Shown here: piece by piece, positions 10,075-18,738 of the stretch | How the letters are laid out: every line of letters begins with the position of its first letter | Numbering within the stretch: the stretch's first letter is position 1 | Source: Candidatus Multivoradales bacterium | Lineage (GTDB): Bacteria > Acidobacteriota > Thermoanaerobaculia > Multivoradales > Multivoraceae | DNA length: 64,000 bases | Reading direction: 5' to 3' | Assembly: GCA_965223325.1 (NCBI GenBank) | Contig: CBDCWI010000002.1 | Location: 3,680,001-3,744,000, forward strand | Made by a program: the position numbers and the translations under genes | Notes under the pieces: generated by a model | Told to the model about the DNA's origin: nothing | Databases searched by the model: none | Seen by the model: only the letters and a program-made list of their open reading frames with translations

Positions 10075-10247
10075 GAGCAGGTTCCTTTCGGGGTTGTCTA
10101 GTGGACCGGTGGTTGGGTCTGGCCTGACGAAGCTCGACGAGCTTCTTCTGCCGCAGCGTGGGTCGGCCCGTCGCGTTCAGTGTTTCATCCCAGGGCCTGG
10201 GTCGCTGCCGCTCCCGCTGTAGGCTCTCTCGAACAGAGAGGGTTTCG

Positions 10248-11453
10248 ATGAAATCAAGACGGAGATGCAGAGGCCTCAGGTCCAGAGGCCTCGAGTCCTG
10301 GGGCTTCAGGTACTGGGTGCTTGTGCCTACAATTGCGGCGCTGCTCTTTGCCCCTCCGCTTCTGGCTCAGGAACCCGCAGCGGTCTCGAGTGCCGAAGAG
10401 GCCCTCGAACTGGGAGGACTCGGTAGTCGCATCGAAGCGCTGTCTGGTCTCGGTGGCTATTTCGACACCGACAACTTGATTTCCAACGAGCGCGCCTACG
10501 GCCGTGTCGTCGATCGGGTCGCGCCTCGCGGCGGCGTGTACATCGGCGTTGGACCCGACCAGAACTTCCACTACATCGCACGCCTCGAACCCAAGTGGGC
10601 GTTCATTGTCGACGTGCGGCGCGACAATGTCTTGCAGCATCTCCTGATGAACGCAGCGCTCGTTCACTCCGAAACCCGGCTCGAGTACCTGTGCTTCTTG
10701 TTCTCGCGCCCCTGTGTTCCCGGTCGTGATGCAGGGAGCGATCTGCGGTCGCTGGTCGATACGTTCTCTGGTCTCGGGCCGGCGACGGAGGCCGGTGCAG
10801 CGGAGGTCCTGTCACGCGCTCTGCGGCATATCGGCCAAACGGTGGGCTTCGAATTGATTGAGCGTGATCGCGAGATGATCGCTTCGATCCATGAGGCTTT
10901 CCGCCGTGACCAATTGAACCTCCGGTTCCAGAGTCACGGGCGTTCGCCCCGCCGCGACTATCCCAGCTACGGCGACCTGCTTCTCGAGACGACGCCGACA
11001 GGCGACCCGGCGCATTTTCTGGGGTCGAAGAAGACCTTTCGGGTCGTTCGAGATCTAGCGCGGGCGGGACGCCTCGTGCCGGTGGTCGGTGACTTCGGCG
11101 CGCACGAAGCCAGCGCCTTCAGCCGCATCGCGGAGTTCGCTAAAGAGCGCGGTGAGCACGTCACCTTCCTCTACACCTCCAACGTCGAGTACTACCTGCT
11201 GCGCGACGGCAGCTTCAACGAGTGGGTGGAGAACGTACGTACCCTGCCTCGACGCCAGGACGCGGTCATGTTGCGCGCCTACTTCGACTACGGGCGCACC
11301 CACCCCGACCGCCCCGCCGACGGTTCCTACACCCGCAACACCATGGTGCTGCAACCGGTCAGCGCCTTTCTCGAACTCGCCGATCGCGGCGAATTCCGAA
11401 CCTTCTGGGACCTGTCGACCAAGGGGCGACTTCTGCCGGAAGACCAGCGGTGA
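10248..11453 (+). CDS. Exported conserved hypothetical protein
   Basis: Long ORF with signal-like segment. Motifs GYFDTDNLISNE, YIGVGPDQNFHYI, FLYTSNVEYYL. Start uncertain. Confidence 0.7.
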   Translation: MKSRRRCRGLRSRGLESWGFRYWVLVPTIAALLFAPPLLAQEPAAVSSAEEALELGGLGSRIEALSGLGGYFDTDNLISNERAYGRVVDRVAPRGGVYIGVGPDQNFHYIARLEPKWAFIVDVRRDNVLQHLLMNAALVHSETRLEYLCFLFSRPCVPGRDAGSDLRSLVDTFSGLGPATEAGAAEVLSRALRHIGQTVGFELIERDREMIASIHEAFRRDQLNLRFQSHGRSPRRDYPSYGDLLLETTPTGDPAHFLGSKKTFRVVRDLARAGRLVPVVGDFGAHEASAFSRIAEFAKERGEHVTFLYTSNVEYYLLRDGSFNEWVENVRTLPRRQDAVMLRAYFDYGRTHPDRPADGSYTRNTMVLQPVSAFLELADRGEFRTFWDLSTKGRLLPEDQR

Positions 11454-11466
11454 AGCGAGACGGTCC

Positions 11467-11632
11467 CTAGTACCCCGTACCATTGAAACGCACATCGTCT
11501 GCGCGGTCCTCGCGCTCGATCTCTGTGTTGTCACTCCTCGACAGATCACCACTATGCCTGCGTCGTGACGCCTTGATCTCGAGCACGATCATCCGCTCAG
11601 CCACCATCCGTTTCAATGGTACGGGGTACTAG
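11467..11632. mobile_element. 166-bp MITE-like element with perfect 24-bp terminal inverted repeats
   Basis: CTAGTACCCCGTACCATTGAAACG (11467-11490) and its exact reverse complement (11609-11632). CTAG at both ends, no coding capacity. Confidence 0.8.
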
Positions 11633-11798
11633 TCGCCATCGTCGCCATCGGTAATGGCGTGCGCCGCTCGACGACCAGGCGCCTAGGCCAGGCACGGTTG
11701 ATCACTGCAGCCTCGAGACTGAGATCGATCACCACTACCGGGGCCGAGTGCGAGCACGGGTGATCAGTCGCGGTCTTTCAAGGTGAGCACCAAGTATC

Positions 11799-11825
11799 GT
11801 CAGAAACTATGATACTGTTTCTGAC
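11799..11825. promoter_or_regulatory. Palindromic operator upstream of DUF6088 antitoxin
   Basis: GTCAGAAAC-N9-GTTTCTGAC perfect inverted repeat immediately before the AAGGAG RBS. Confidence 0.65.
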
Positions 11826-11840
11826 AGAAGGAGATACCCG

Positions 11841-12440
11841 ATGACTTCAACCATCCAGCAGATCCGCGAACACGCCCAGAAGTACCGGGCCGGAACCCCT
11901 TTGACCGCAAAGGGGCTACTCCATCTGGGGAGTCGCGCTGCCGTTGACCAGGCACTGTCGCGTCTCGCACGCTGCGGCGAGCTGCGGCGCATCTCACGTG
12001 GCCTCTATGTCCGTTCCATCGAAACACGCTTCGGATCTCGCCTACCGGAAGCGAGTGTCGTACTCAGGGAGCTCGCCAAGCAAACAGGTGAAGCGTTCTT
12101 TCCAAGTGGTGCCCTTGTGGCCTACAACAGGGGGCTAACGAGTCAGGTACCGGTCCGACAGGTGTACTTGACAAGCGGCAGATCTCGGATGCTCTTCCTC
12201 GGCGCGCAGACCATCGAGCTGCGACACACCAAGCAAGGGCACCTTGGATCAGCGGCGAAGTGGACCAACGATGCTATTCGGCTGCTGCAGTGGGCACGCC
12301 CAGGCCAGGAAACCGATCGCGTCATCGAGCTCCTCACGGAGACCGGCTCAAACAAGGAGATGCAGGACCTTCTTTCCCTCAGACCTCACCTTTCGACCCC
12401 GAAAGCAGTTCGTCTGAGCGAACTCGCCCATCGTGCCTGA
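11841..12440 (+). CDS. DUF6088-family / AbiEi-like type IV antitoxin (winged helix)
   Basis: LLHLGSRAAVDQALSRL..LRRISRGLY, GLTSQVP..YLTSGRSR. Directly upstream of an AbiEii-type gene. Confidence 0.85.
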   Translation: MTSTIQQIREHAQKYRAGTPLTAKGLLHLGSRAAVDQALSRLARCGELRRISRGLYVRSIETRFGSRLPEASVVLRELAKQTGEAFFPSGALVAYNRGLTSQVPVRQVYLTSGRSRMLFLGAQTIELRHTKQGHLGSAAKWTNDAIRLLQWARPGQETDRVIELLTETGSNKEMQDLLSLRPHLSTPKAVRLSELAHRA

Positions 12441-12750
12441 GACCTTTCTCGAACTGTCCGGAAGCGACAAGAGGGACGTTCTTCAGATCGGGGCAGATCG
12501 GGGCAGATCGATCAGGTCGCCCTGCTGATCTCCTTGAGAAGGACGTCTGGGTCGTTCGTTGCCTAGAAATACTCTGGGAGCAACGATTCGCCGAGCATCT
12601 ATCTTTCAAGGGGGGAACCTCCCTCTCGAAGGTTTATAAAGCCATCGACCGCTTCTCTGAAGACATCGACCTGACCTACGACATTCGCGAGCTCATCCCC
12701 GACCTGATGAACACTGACGAACCTCTCCCCAAGACTCGAAGCCAAGCTGG
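12433..12750 (+). pseudogene. AbiEii/AbiGii nucleotidyltransferase toxin, frameshifted and truncated
   Basis: GTG 12433 overlaps the antitoxin stop. A 10-bp tandem duplication (CAGATCGGGG) shifts the frame. The downstream frame has LEKDVWV..FKGGTSLSK..RFSEDIDL. Similarity ends near KTRSQA. Confidence 0.85.
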
Positions 12751-12854
12751 CCCTGAGGGACTACGTGCCCGAGTGGAGGAGTCTCAGGCTGGCGAACACC
12801 CGGTTGCAACTCCGCTCGGTGCGCATCTAATGTCGTGCGGTTCAACGAAGTCTT

Positions 12855-13568
12855 TCAGTCGCGGGTTCTCGACCGCATCGCTCGAGGATGATCAGAGCTG
12901 CCTTGGCACTCCAGATGCCGGCGCTGCAGCTGGCTAGCTAAGGGTGTCTGCCCTTGCTTTTCGATGTCCTCGATTGCTCGAGAGACATTCCATTCGGGCG
13001 GGCAATCTTCGACCCAGGCAACGAGCTCATCTTCCGACTCTGGAAGTTGTTTCACCCAGCGCTCAACCATGGATCTGGACAGTGCCGATCCCGGCCAGTC
13101 GGCAGCGAATTGTGGCTCTGTTCGCTGCTGGCGTAGCGCGACGCTAAAAGCACTCAGTCCGATCAGAAGGGCAACGCCAGCAACTGAGACAGTCCGCAAC
13201 CAAACGATCCCGGAAGGGTTCCACTCTTGCGGTTTACGGACCCAACTCCTCAGGCTGAACCAGAGGCAGGGGGCCAGCAGGAGGCCGACCAAGCCGAGCC
13301 CGAAAAACATGACACCGAGAGCAAAAACAACCGCGACGATACTCGCGGCCTTTCTTAGTCCCGGGATTCCCGAGTCGGATAGCCCCTGCCAGGAACGAAT
13401 TGCCGCCAGCGCCAGGAACCACGACGCCGACAGCAGAGCCCATCCCTTGACCGGAGGCAAGATCCAGTCGGCGGCGGCCGACCCGCATACAGAGCAGGCC
13501 TCCGCGGGGACGCTCGACAGTGCCAGGATCGAAAAGCCGGCGAGGGTGAAAAGGGTGCGTGATTTCAT
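12855..13568 (-). CDS. Hypothetical membrane protein
   Basis: Signal peptide followed by CSVC and 3-4 hydrophobic helices. Confidence 0.6.
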   Translation of the reverse strand: MKSRTLFTLAGFSILALSSVPAEACSVCGSAAADWILPPVKGWALLSASWFLALAAIRSWQGLSDSGIPGLRKAASIVAVVFALGVMFFGLGLVGLLLAPCLWFSLRSWVRKPQEWNPSGIVWLRTVSVAGVALLIGLSAFSVALRQQRTEPQFAADWPGSALSRSMVERWVKQLPESEDELVAWVEDCPPEWNVSRAIEDIEKQGQTPLASQLQRRHLECQGSSDHPRAMRSRTRD

Positions 13569-13680
13569 AGTTTGTGACCCTGTGGGGGCATAAATCTAAT
13601 TATACGAATATTTCGAATCTCACGAAGAGGCTGGGAGCGCTGACATCACGTCCCGTGGGGGTACACGAAGGGGCTGGGCG

Positions 13681-13764
13681 GGGTACGTGTACGGGGTAGG
13701 GTACGTGTACCGGGTAGTTCGGGTGGTGTACCGCGAGGGTACGTGTACCGGGTAGTTCGGGTGG
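13681..13764 (+). repeat. REP-like repeat cluster, left flank of HUH transposase
   Basis: Two identical 28-mers GGGTACGTGTACCGGGTAGTTCGGGTGG (13699-13726, 13737-13764) plus a partial copy at 13681. Confidence 0.85.
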
Positions 13765-13985
13765 AAACGCGGCGCGTGGGAGTCGCTTTGGCGGTTCGTG
13801 CTCGTATCGACAGCCGCTTTGGCTAGGCAGACACAGTTTCAGTGCACCAGTTCAGGCTGAGAAGGTGCCTGACCCACGATGTAGCTGCCACGAGGCGCAC
13901 CCCACCCTGGAAGAGCCCCACCCTCTTCTTGAGATGCCCCATCTGGCGATGAGCGGCCGGACGGACCCAACCGCTCCCCAGAACG

Positions 13986-14471
13986 CTACGGTGGCGGCAA
14001 CCCCTCGGGAGCGGGCATGTAGAGACCTGTCGGGATGAACGCATGCTCGGGAAACTCATCAAGGGCTTCCCTGATGCCCTTTCGCAGTCGAGCCGACGCA
14101 AGGCGGTAACGGTCGATCCACAGATCCCGCATGTCCACGTAGTGCTTCCACATCTCAAACGTCGCAGCGTGGACCTTCGGGCGCTCGCTCTTCTTCGAGT
14201 ACTCCGGCTGGTAGGCGAACTGGCTCTTGTCGGTCAGGCAGAGGAAGTCACGGATCTGCTCGGCCGACTCTGCACGGACTAGGAGATGGACGTGATTCGT
14301 CATGAACACGACGAAGCACAGGCCGAGGCCGAACTTCGCCTGGGCGTAGGCGAGGACTCCGATGAGGAGCTCGTTGAGCCTCTTGGAGGGGATAAAGAAG
14401 AACCTGCTCTGGAAGGTCTTAAGCGTCACTTCGTACATGTTGTCGGGCGGAAGCCACCGGGGGTTTCTCAT
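13986..14471 (-). pseudogene. REP-associated tyrosine transposase (RAYT / Y1 HUH family), probably internally deleted
   Basis: YEVT..T..SRFF and FMTNHVHLL (HUH motif). The expected Y-xxx-NP catalytic segment is absent and the protein is only 161 aa. Confidence 0.7.
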
Positions 14472-14604
14472 ACCCCTATGAGACGCAAACCGGCCGCGAG
14501 CCCTGACTGCGCACCAGCCGTCGTCACCGAGGTAGGAACCGCCGTCTTCTTAGGACGCAGAAGCCCGCGAGTTCCTTACAGACTGCCAATGCCGCTTCGC
14601 GCTG

Positions 14605-14664
14605 CCCGAACTACCCGGTACCCGTGCTCCCCCGGTACCCGTGCTCCGTACCCGTGCTCCCCCC
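14605..14664 (-). repeat. REP-like repeat cluster, right flank, inverted relative to the left flank
   Basis: CCCGAACTACCCGGTAC (exact reverse complement of the 17-nt left core), with GTACCCGTGCTCC occurring three times. Confidence 0.85.
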
Positions 14665-14867
14665 GGATGTCGGTCATTGCGCGGGCTCCGGAAGCAGGGG
14701 TGAGCTGTTGCTTCCTTGTTCCGGATCTGCGCGTCATTGTTACTGGCGCCGTTCTGCCCGTCGTCGCACGTGTGGCGTTAGGGTTGAGGTTGTGGGTAGA
14801 GCTTCCGCGCCGACTAGACAAGGTCGAAATCAATGCCAAATGCCTTAGAGCGAAGGGAATCCAGGTA

Positions 14868-16373
14868 ATGCGAAGTCGTTTCTCGCCGTTCCTACTTACG
14901 GGGTTGGTCTTTTCTATAGGTCTATTGGCTGCTCATAGCGAGCTGGCCAGCCAGCCATTGCTATCTGCTGAACGCGGAGGGTCGCAGGCGCTCCGAATTG
15001 ACTTCGGGCCAAGCGACACTGTTGCGGTGTCGCCTCTGGGTCCCACCTCGGCAGCCTTGCTTCTCGGCAGGGCGCGCTACTTCAACGGGTCTCTCTTTGT
15101 GAATCGCCCGGTCGCAGAGGTCCTCAGGTCGCCAGATCCCTCGGGTCGCGTTGAGTACGAGTTCGGTATGAACGTTCCGGCAACTTCCCTATGGGTCGCG
15201 GTCGACTTGGAGACCGGTGCGGCGAGTGAACTTCTGGGTGGCGGCGCTGGGACGTTCGAGACCCAGGTACCCCCAGACGCGATACGCGAGGAGTCAGGGA
15301 AACGGAGCCTGCTGTACTTCCCGCTGGGGACTGCGACGTTCTGGCTGGTCCGCACAGGCGGTGAGCTGCAGAACGCTGGGATCTGGATGGCCTCCGTCTT
15401 CGATGCCGATCCCCTGGACGTGGATGGGACGGCGAATGCCCAGGTCTTGGTTCGGCTTGCGGACATGGAGCCTTTTCAGGGCTTCGGCGTAGACCCCCCA
15501 ACGGAAGTCCTGCCGGGTGACTGGGTCACTGTCATCTCGGACCGCGATCAGACGTACTACGCGTTTCGAGTCACAGTGTCGCAACCTGGAACCGAGCCGG
15601 AGGACACGCTTCGGGTTATGGCGCGGGCCGAACCTGGCCTCCACAACAGTATCAACGACGCGGTGCGCGCCTTCGGCGGCTACACGATCTACAGTCAACG
15701 ACGGGGCGAAGAGTTGCTTCTTCGGGTCCCGGCGGACTCTTTCGGTAGCCTCCGCACGATGGCCCTTCGCGAACCCGCGTTCTACTCGCTTCGTGTCGAC
15801 GACTTCAACTGCAACCCGTTCGCCGAAGCGTGCAGGCCCATCGCTGTGGGGCTTTCAGCCGAACCGTCAGCCTCAGCAACGGTGGCTGAACTCGAGGAGG
15901 TGCTTCGCAGTTTGGGCGGGGAGCGTGTTGGCGGCCACTTCGCCCTTCGGGAGGATGAGATTCAGAACTTCGCCCACTCGTCGCGTGTCGACGGCGCCTC
16001 CATCCACATTCTTGGGAACGACCCCGACGCTGGGTCCGACTACCTGGGGCTAGGAGTCGGCCACCGTTTCACGGCCACCGCCACATGGTCAACAGCAGAT
16101 GGTCGCAGTGATAGTGCGCGCCCCAGAGAGCAAAGCGTGGCGAGTGGCTCAATGTACTTCTTCGGCTCCGACAACAGCGAGCTCTTCATCAAGGTACTCA
16201 ACGGCTGCGGACTCAACGGGCATCGGTGGGTGTTCATCTCGGGCTTGACCGATGTCGGTGTCGATCTAGTTGTGCGTGACCGGTTGCAGGGGCTAGAGCG
16301 ACGGTACACCTCACCGATTGGTGAAGCGTTCCAGCCCCGTTTCGACACGGTTGCGTTTCCCTGCTCGGGCTAG
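14868..16373 (+). CDS. Secreted protein with lineage-typical Cys-containing C-terminal domain
   Basis: Start re-called at ATG 14868 (signal peptide MRSRFSPFLLTGLV). C-terminus FFGSDNSELFIKVLNGCGLNGHRWVF..GLTDV..DTVAFPC. Confidence 0.7.
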   Translation: MRSRFSPFLLTGLVFSIGLLAAHSELASQPLLSAERGGSQALRIDFGPSDTVAVSPLGPTSAALLLGRARYFNGSLFVNRPVAEVLRSPDPSGRVEYEFGMNVPATSLWVAVDLETGAASELLGGGAGTFETQVPPDAIREESGKRSLLYFPLGTATFWLVRTGGELQNAGIWMASVFDADPLDVDGTANAQVLVRLADMEPFQGFGVDPPTEVLPGDWVTVISDRDQTYYAFRVTVSQPGTEPEDTLRVMARAEPGLHNSINDAVRAFGGYTIYSQRRGEELLLRVPADSFGSLRTMALREPAFYSLRVDDFNCNPFAEACRPIAVGLSAEPSASATVAELEEVLRSLGGERVGGHFALREDEIQNFAHSSRVDGASIHILGNDPDAGSDYLGLGVGHRFTATATWSTADGRSDSARPREQSVASGSMYFFGSDNSELFIKVLNGCGLNGHRWVFISGLTDVGVDLVVRDRLQGLERRYTSPIGEAFQPRFDTVAFPCSG

Positions 16374-17152
16374 GCCTGGCGGGCGCTATCGCTATCTCGG
16401 CAACGTTCCGTTGACCTAAGTTTCGGAGTCAGCCTAGGTTCACGCTGCGTTTCCTCCCGCGAGGACGGAGGGGTGGACGTGGCCACAGTCGAGCGAGGGA
16501 CCGCCTGGCAATCACCGGGTTCGGTGGTCCGAGCTCGTTCTTGTATAGCGGGGCGCGCGGATGCGCGCACTCGGACTCTGGCGGCAGGATGGCGTAGGAA
16601 CGGTCAGGCCGGTGTCTTGGACAGACCACGTAGCATCGCGCCGATCTTCTGCTGCAGGGCGACCTGGTTGGTCGCCGCGTGAGGTCTGGACATTTGCAGA
16701 GCGAGGTCTTCGACCTTCGCCGTTTCCTTGAATCCTTCGACTACGAAGTCGAGAGTTGCAGGCCTGGCCATTTCCCGGATCTGGCAGCCGAGTAGCTCAG
16801 CGGCGACGAGGGTTCATCGTTGCCGTAGTGGTTGAGAAGAGCGAGATCTTCATAGATGAGGTCTTGGAGGCTGGGAAGGCGGTCGTAGTTTCGGAGGACG
16901 TAGTCGATGTCGCGGGCGTCCTTTGCAGCTGCTGTGCGGTCGCCGCGATCGAGCCAGGCGATGAGCTTCAAGAGCGTCAGGCCTATAGGCGACGCGACGT
17001 GCAGGGTGAGTGTAGCGGTCTTGGTTTAGTGGACAGTTGTTTGTGATGACGGCGATTCTGCCTCGTCGCCTTGGGAATCGGATCGCGAGGTTGCCCTGTG
17101 TTGGGCTTCTCGCGGGTGTTGCATGGTGCAGGTACCGCCATCGTGGCGCTCC

Positions 17153-18073
17153 TCAGGCGGCCTTTGAGAGCTTCCACTCTGAACGGATCTGAGCGGGCGT
17201 CAGGTAGCCGTGCTTCTCGACCAGCCAGTTCTGGTTGTACTTCGCCTTGAAGTCGAGCAACGCGAGACGCAGGTCTTCGACGGTGTCGAATCTCTTCACC
17301 CAGAGCAGCTGCTCCTTCAGGGTTCGGATGAAGCGCTCGGCGACACCGTTGCCTTCCGGAGCCCGCACGAAGCTCGGCGACGAGCAGATGCCCAGAAAGT
17401 CGATCTCCTGCTGGAAGTCTCGGCTGGCGTACGCGCTGCCCCAGTCGTGGCGCAGGCCCAGGCCCAGCGCGACGCCCTGATCGGGCTCGCCGAAGTGCTC
17501 ACGAACGCCCTGGCGCACAGGCTCGAGAGCCTCGAAGCGATTCCCCGACCTCGAGGCGTGGATCCCGATGCACTCGCTGGTGCAGTGATCCACGGCGACG
17601 AAGATCCAGGCCAGGCCTTCCTCTCTCGTCCAGGTCATCGTTGCGTCGGTGCCCCACATCAGATCGGGCTCTGGCATCGTGATCGTCCCGTCGTGGACCC
17701 GAGGGCCACGCTCGCGACCCACGCGAGTAGGTGCAAGAAGCGAGTTCTCGCGCATCAGGCGTAGCACTCGCTCTCGACCCACGTGGACGTCGCGTGCCCT
17801 CAGGCGAGCCCTCACCTTGCGATGCCCTTCGCCACGCAAGCCGGTCTCCTGCTCGAGCTCGCGCACGACCTCTTGGATCATGGCCACCAGCTCCTGATCC
17901 GAGACCGCCGTCTTCGGGCCGGTCTTGCGCTTCTCGATCCCGCAAGACTCGCGGCGCTTGCGCGCGGCGTAGAAGCCAGACCGGGCAACCTCCCAGAGAC
18001 GACAGACCCGTGATATGCCGTAGCGGATTCCTGTGGAGGGAGAGGGTGCGGCACTCACTTCCTCGACCTCCAT
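17153..18073 (-). CDS. IS3-family transposase OrfB (DDE integrase core)
   Basis: RVLRLMRE, WGTDAT, VAVDH, RHDWGSAY, PEGNGVAERFIRTLKE. Confidence 0.92.
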   Translation of the reverse strand: MEVEEVSAAPSPSTGIRYGISRVCRLWEVARSGFYAARKRRESCGIEKRKTGPKTAVSDQELVAMIQEVVRELEQETGLRGEGHRKVRARLRARDVHVGRERVLRLMRENSLLAPTRVGRERGPRVHDGTITMPEPDLMWGTDATMTWTREEGLAWIFVAVDHCTSECIGIHASRSGNRFEALEPVRQGVREHFGEPDQGVALGLGLRHDWGSAYASRDFQQEIDFLGICSSPSFVRAPEGNGVAERFIRTLKEQLLWVKRFDTVEDLRLALLDFKAKYNQNWLVEKHGYLTPAQIRSEWKLSKAA

Positions 18074-18402
18074 CCAAGAAAAGGCTTCTCGCCCTCCAAG
18101 CGATGGATCTTCTCGAACAGAAGCTCCTGATCCATCGTCAGTTCACCGATCTTCGCCTGCAGCCGCCGCTTGTCCTCGACAAGAGACTCGACCACCGGAT
18201 CCTCGGTACGGGCTTTCAAGCCCTCCTCACCTGCGCTCAGGAAGGACTCGCGCCACTCGCTCAGACGAGCCACCGTCAGGCCGGTCTCGCGCGACACCTC
18301 GTCAAGCGACTCGCCGCGAAGAAGACGCAGGACCACAGAGGCCTTGCGCTTTGCGGACCAACGGCCCTTCGTCTTCGGAGCTCTTCGTTTCGTCTTCGAC
18401 AT
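18055..18402 (-). CDS. IS3-family transposase OrfA (HTH plus coiled coil)
   Basis: RWSAKRKASVVLRLLRGESLDEVSRE..LSEW..LQAKIGELTMDQELL. Confidence 0.9.
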   Translation of the reverse strand: MSKTKRRAPKTKGRWSAKRKASVVLRLLRGESLDEVSRETGLTVARLSEWRESFLSAGEEGLKARTEDPVVESLVEDKRRLQAKIGELTMDQELLFEKIHRLEGEKPFLGWRSRK

Positions 18403-18522
18403 TCGACACCTCCAACCCGAACTTAGCTCGGGTCATGTGTCCAACGAAAACCCAGGCCGACAGAGTGAGCGCCTGTGCTCCGCCTCCGATCGTCACCCGG
18501 TCGGCGTGATTCATCGCCTCCT

Positions 18523-18617
18523 GGGGGGTACATGGAGGTACATGCCGGGTAGTTCGGGTAGAACCCCCGTGCTCCCTGCCCCGAGCTGCCGAACTACCCG
18601 GTACCCGTGCTCCCCCC
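18523..18617. repeat. Inverted REP-like doublet (gene-less version of the RAYT flanks)
   Basis: CCGGGTAGTTCGGG (18545-18558) faces CCGAACTACCCGGTACCCGTGCTCC (from 18589). Confidence 0.8.
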
Positions 18618-18738
18618 ATGACCATTAGGAGGTGAGCGGGTGGCCTTTACGAAGCGGTTGAAGCCTCCGCTGGTAACAACGCCGGCGGGATCCGGAAGAA
18701 GGGTGTGACAGCCATTCCCGGCCGCCCGGAGCCCGCCC

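Larger units (their letters stand above)
17011..18462 (-). mobile_element. IS3-family insertion sequence (1452 bp)
   Basis: Imperfect 25-bp terminal IRs TGT...GGACA at both ends. GAG immediately flanks both ends. Overlapping orfA/orfB. Confidence 0.9.
16604..18522 (-). pseudogene. Predicted nucleotidyltransferase (AbiEii-like, COG4849-type) C-terminal half, split by IS3 and frameshifted
   Basis: EAMNHADRVTIGGGAQAL on one side of the IS, TLHVASPIGLTLLKLIAWLDR..KDARD on the other. Frameshift near 16812, then AAELLG..to TGA at 16604. Confidence 0.7.

Noticed and set aside
13681-13764. 28-bp direct repeats as a CRISPR array
   Set aside because: Only two full copies, 10 bp apart, and no cas genes. 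Inverted copies flank an HUH transposase instead.
14286-14867. N-terminal 194 aa of the 695-aa ORF
   Set aside because: Antisense to the transposase and runs through the repeats (RYPCSP is translated repeat). A signal peptide begins at 14868.
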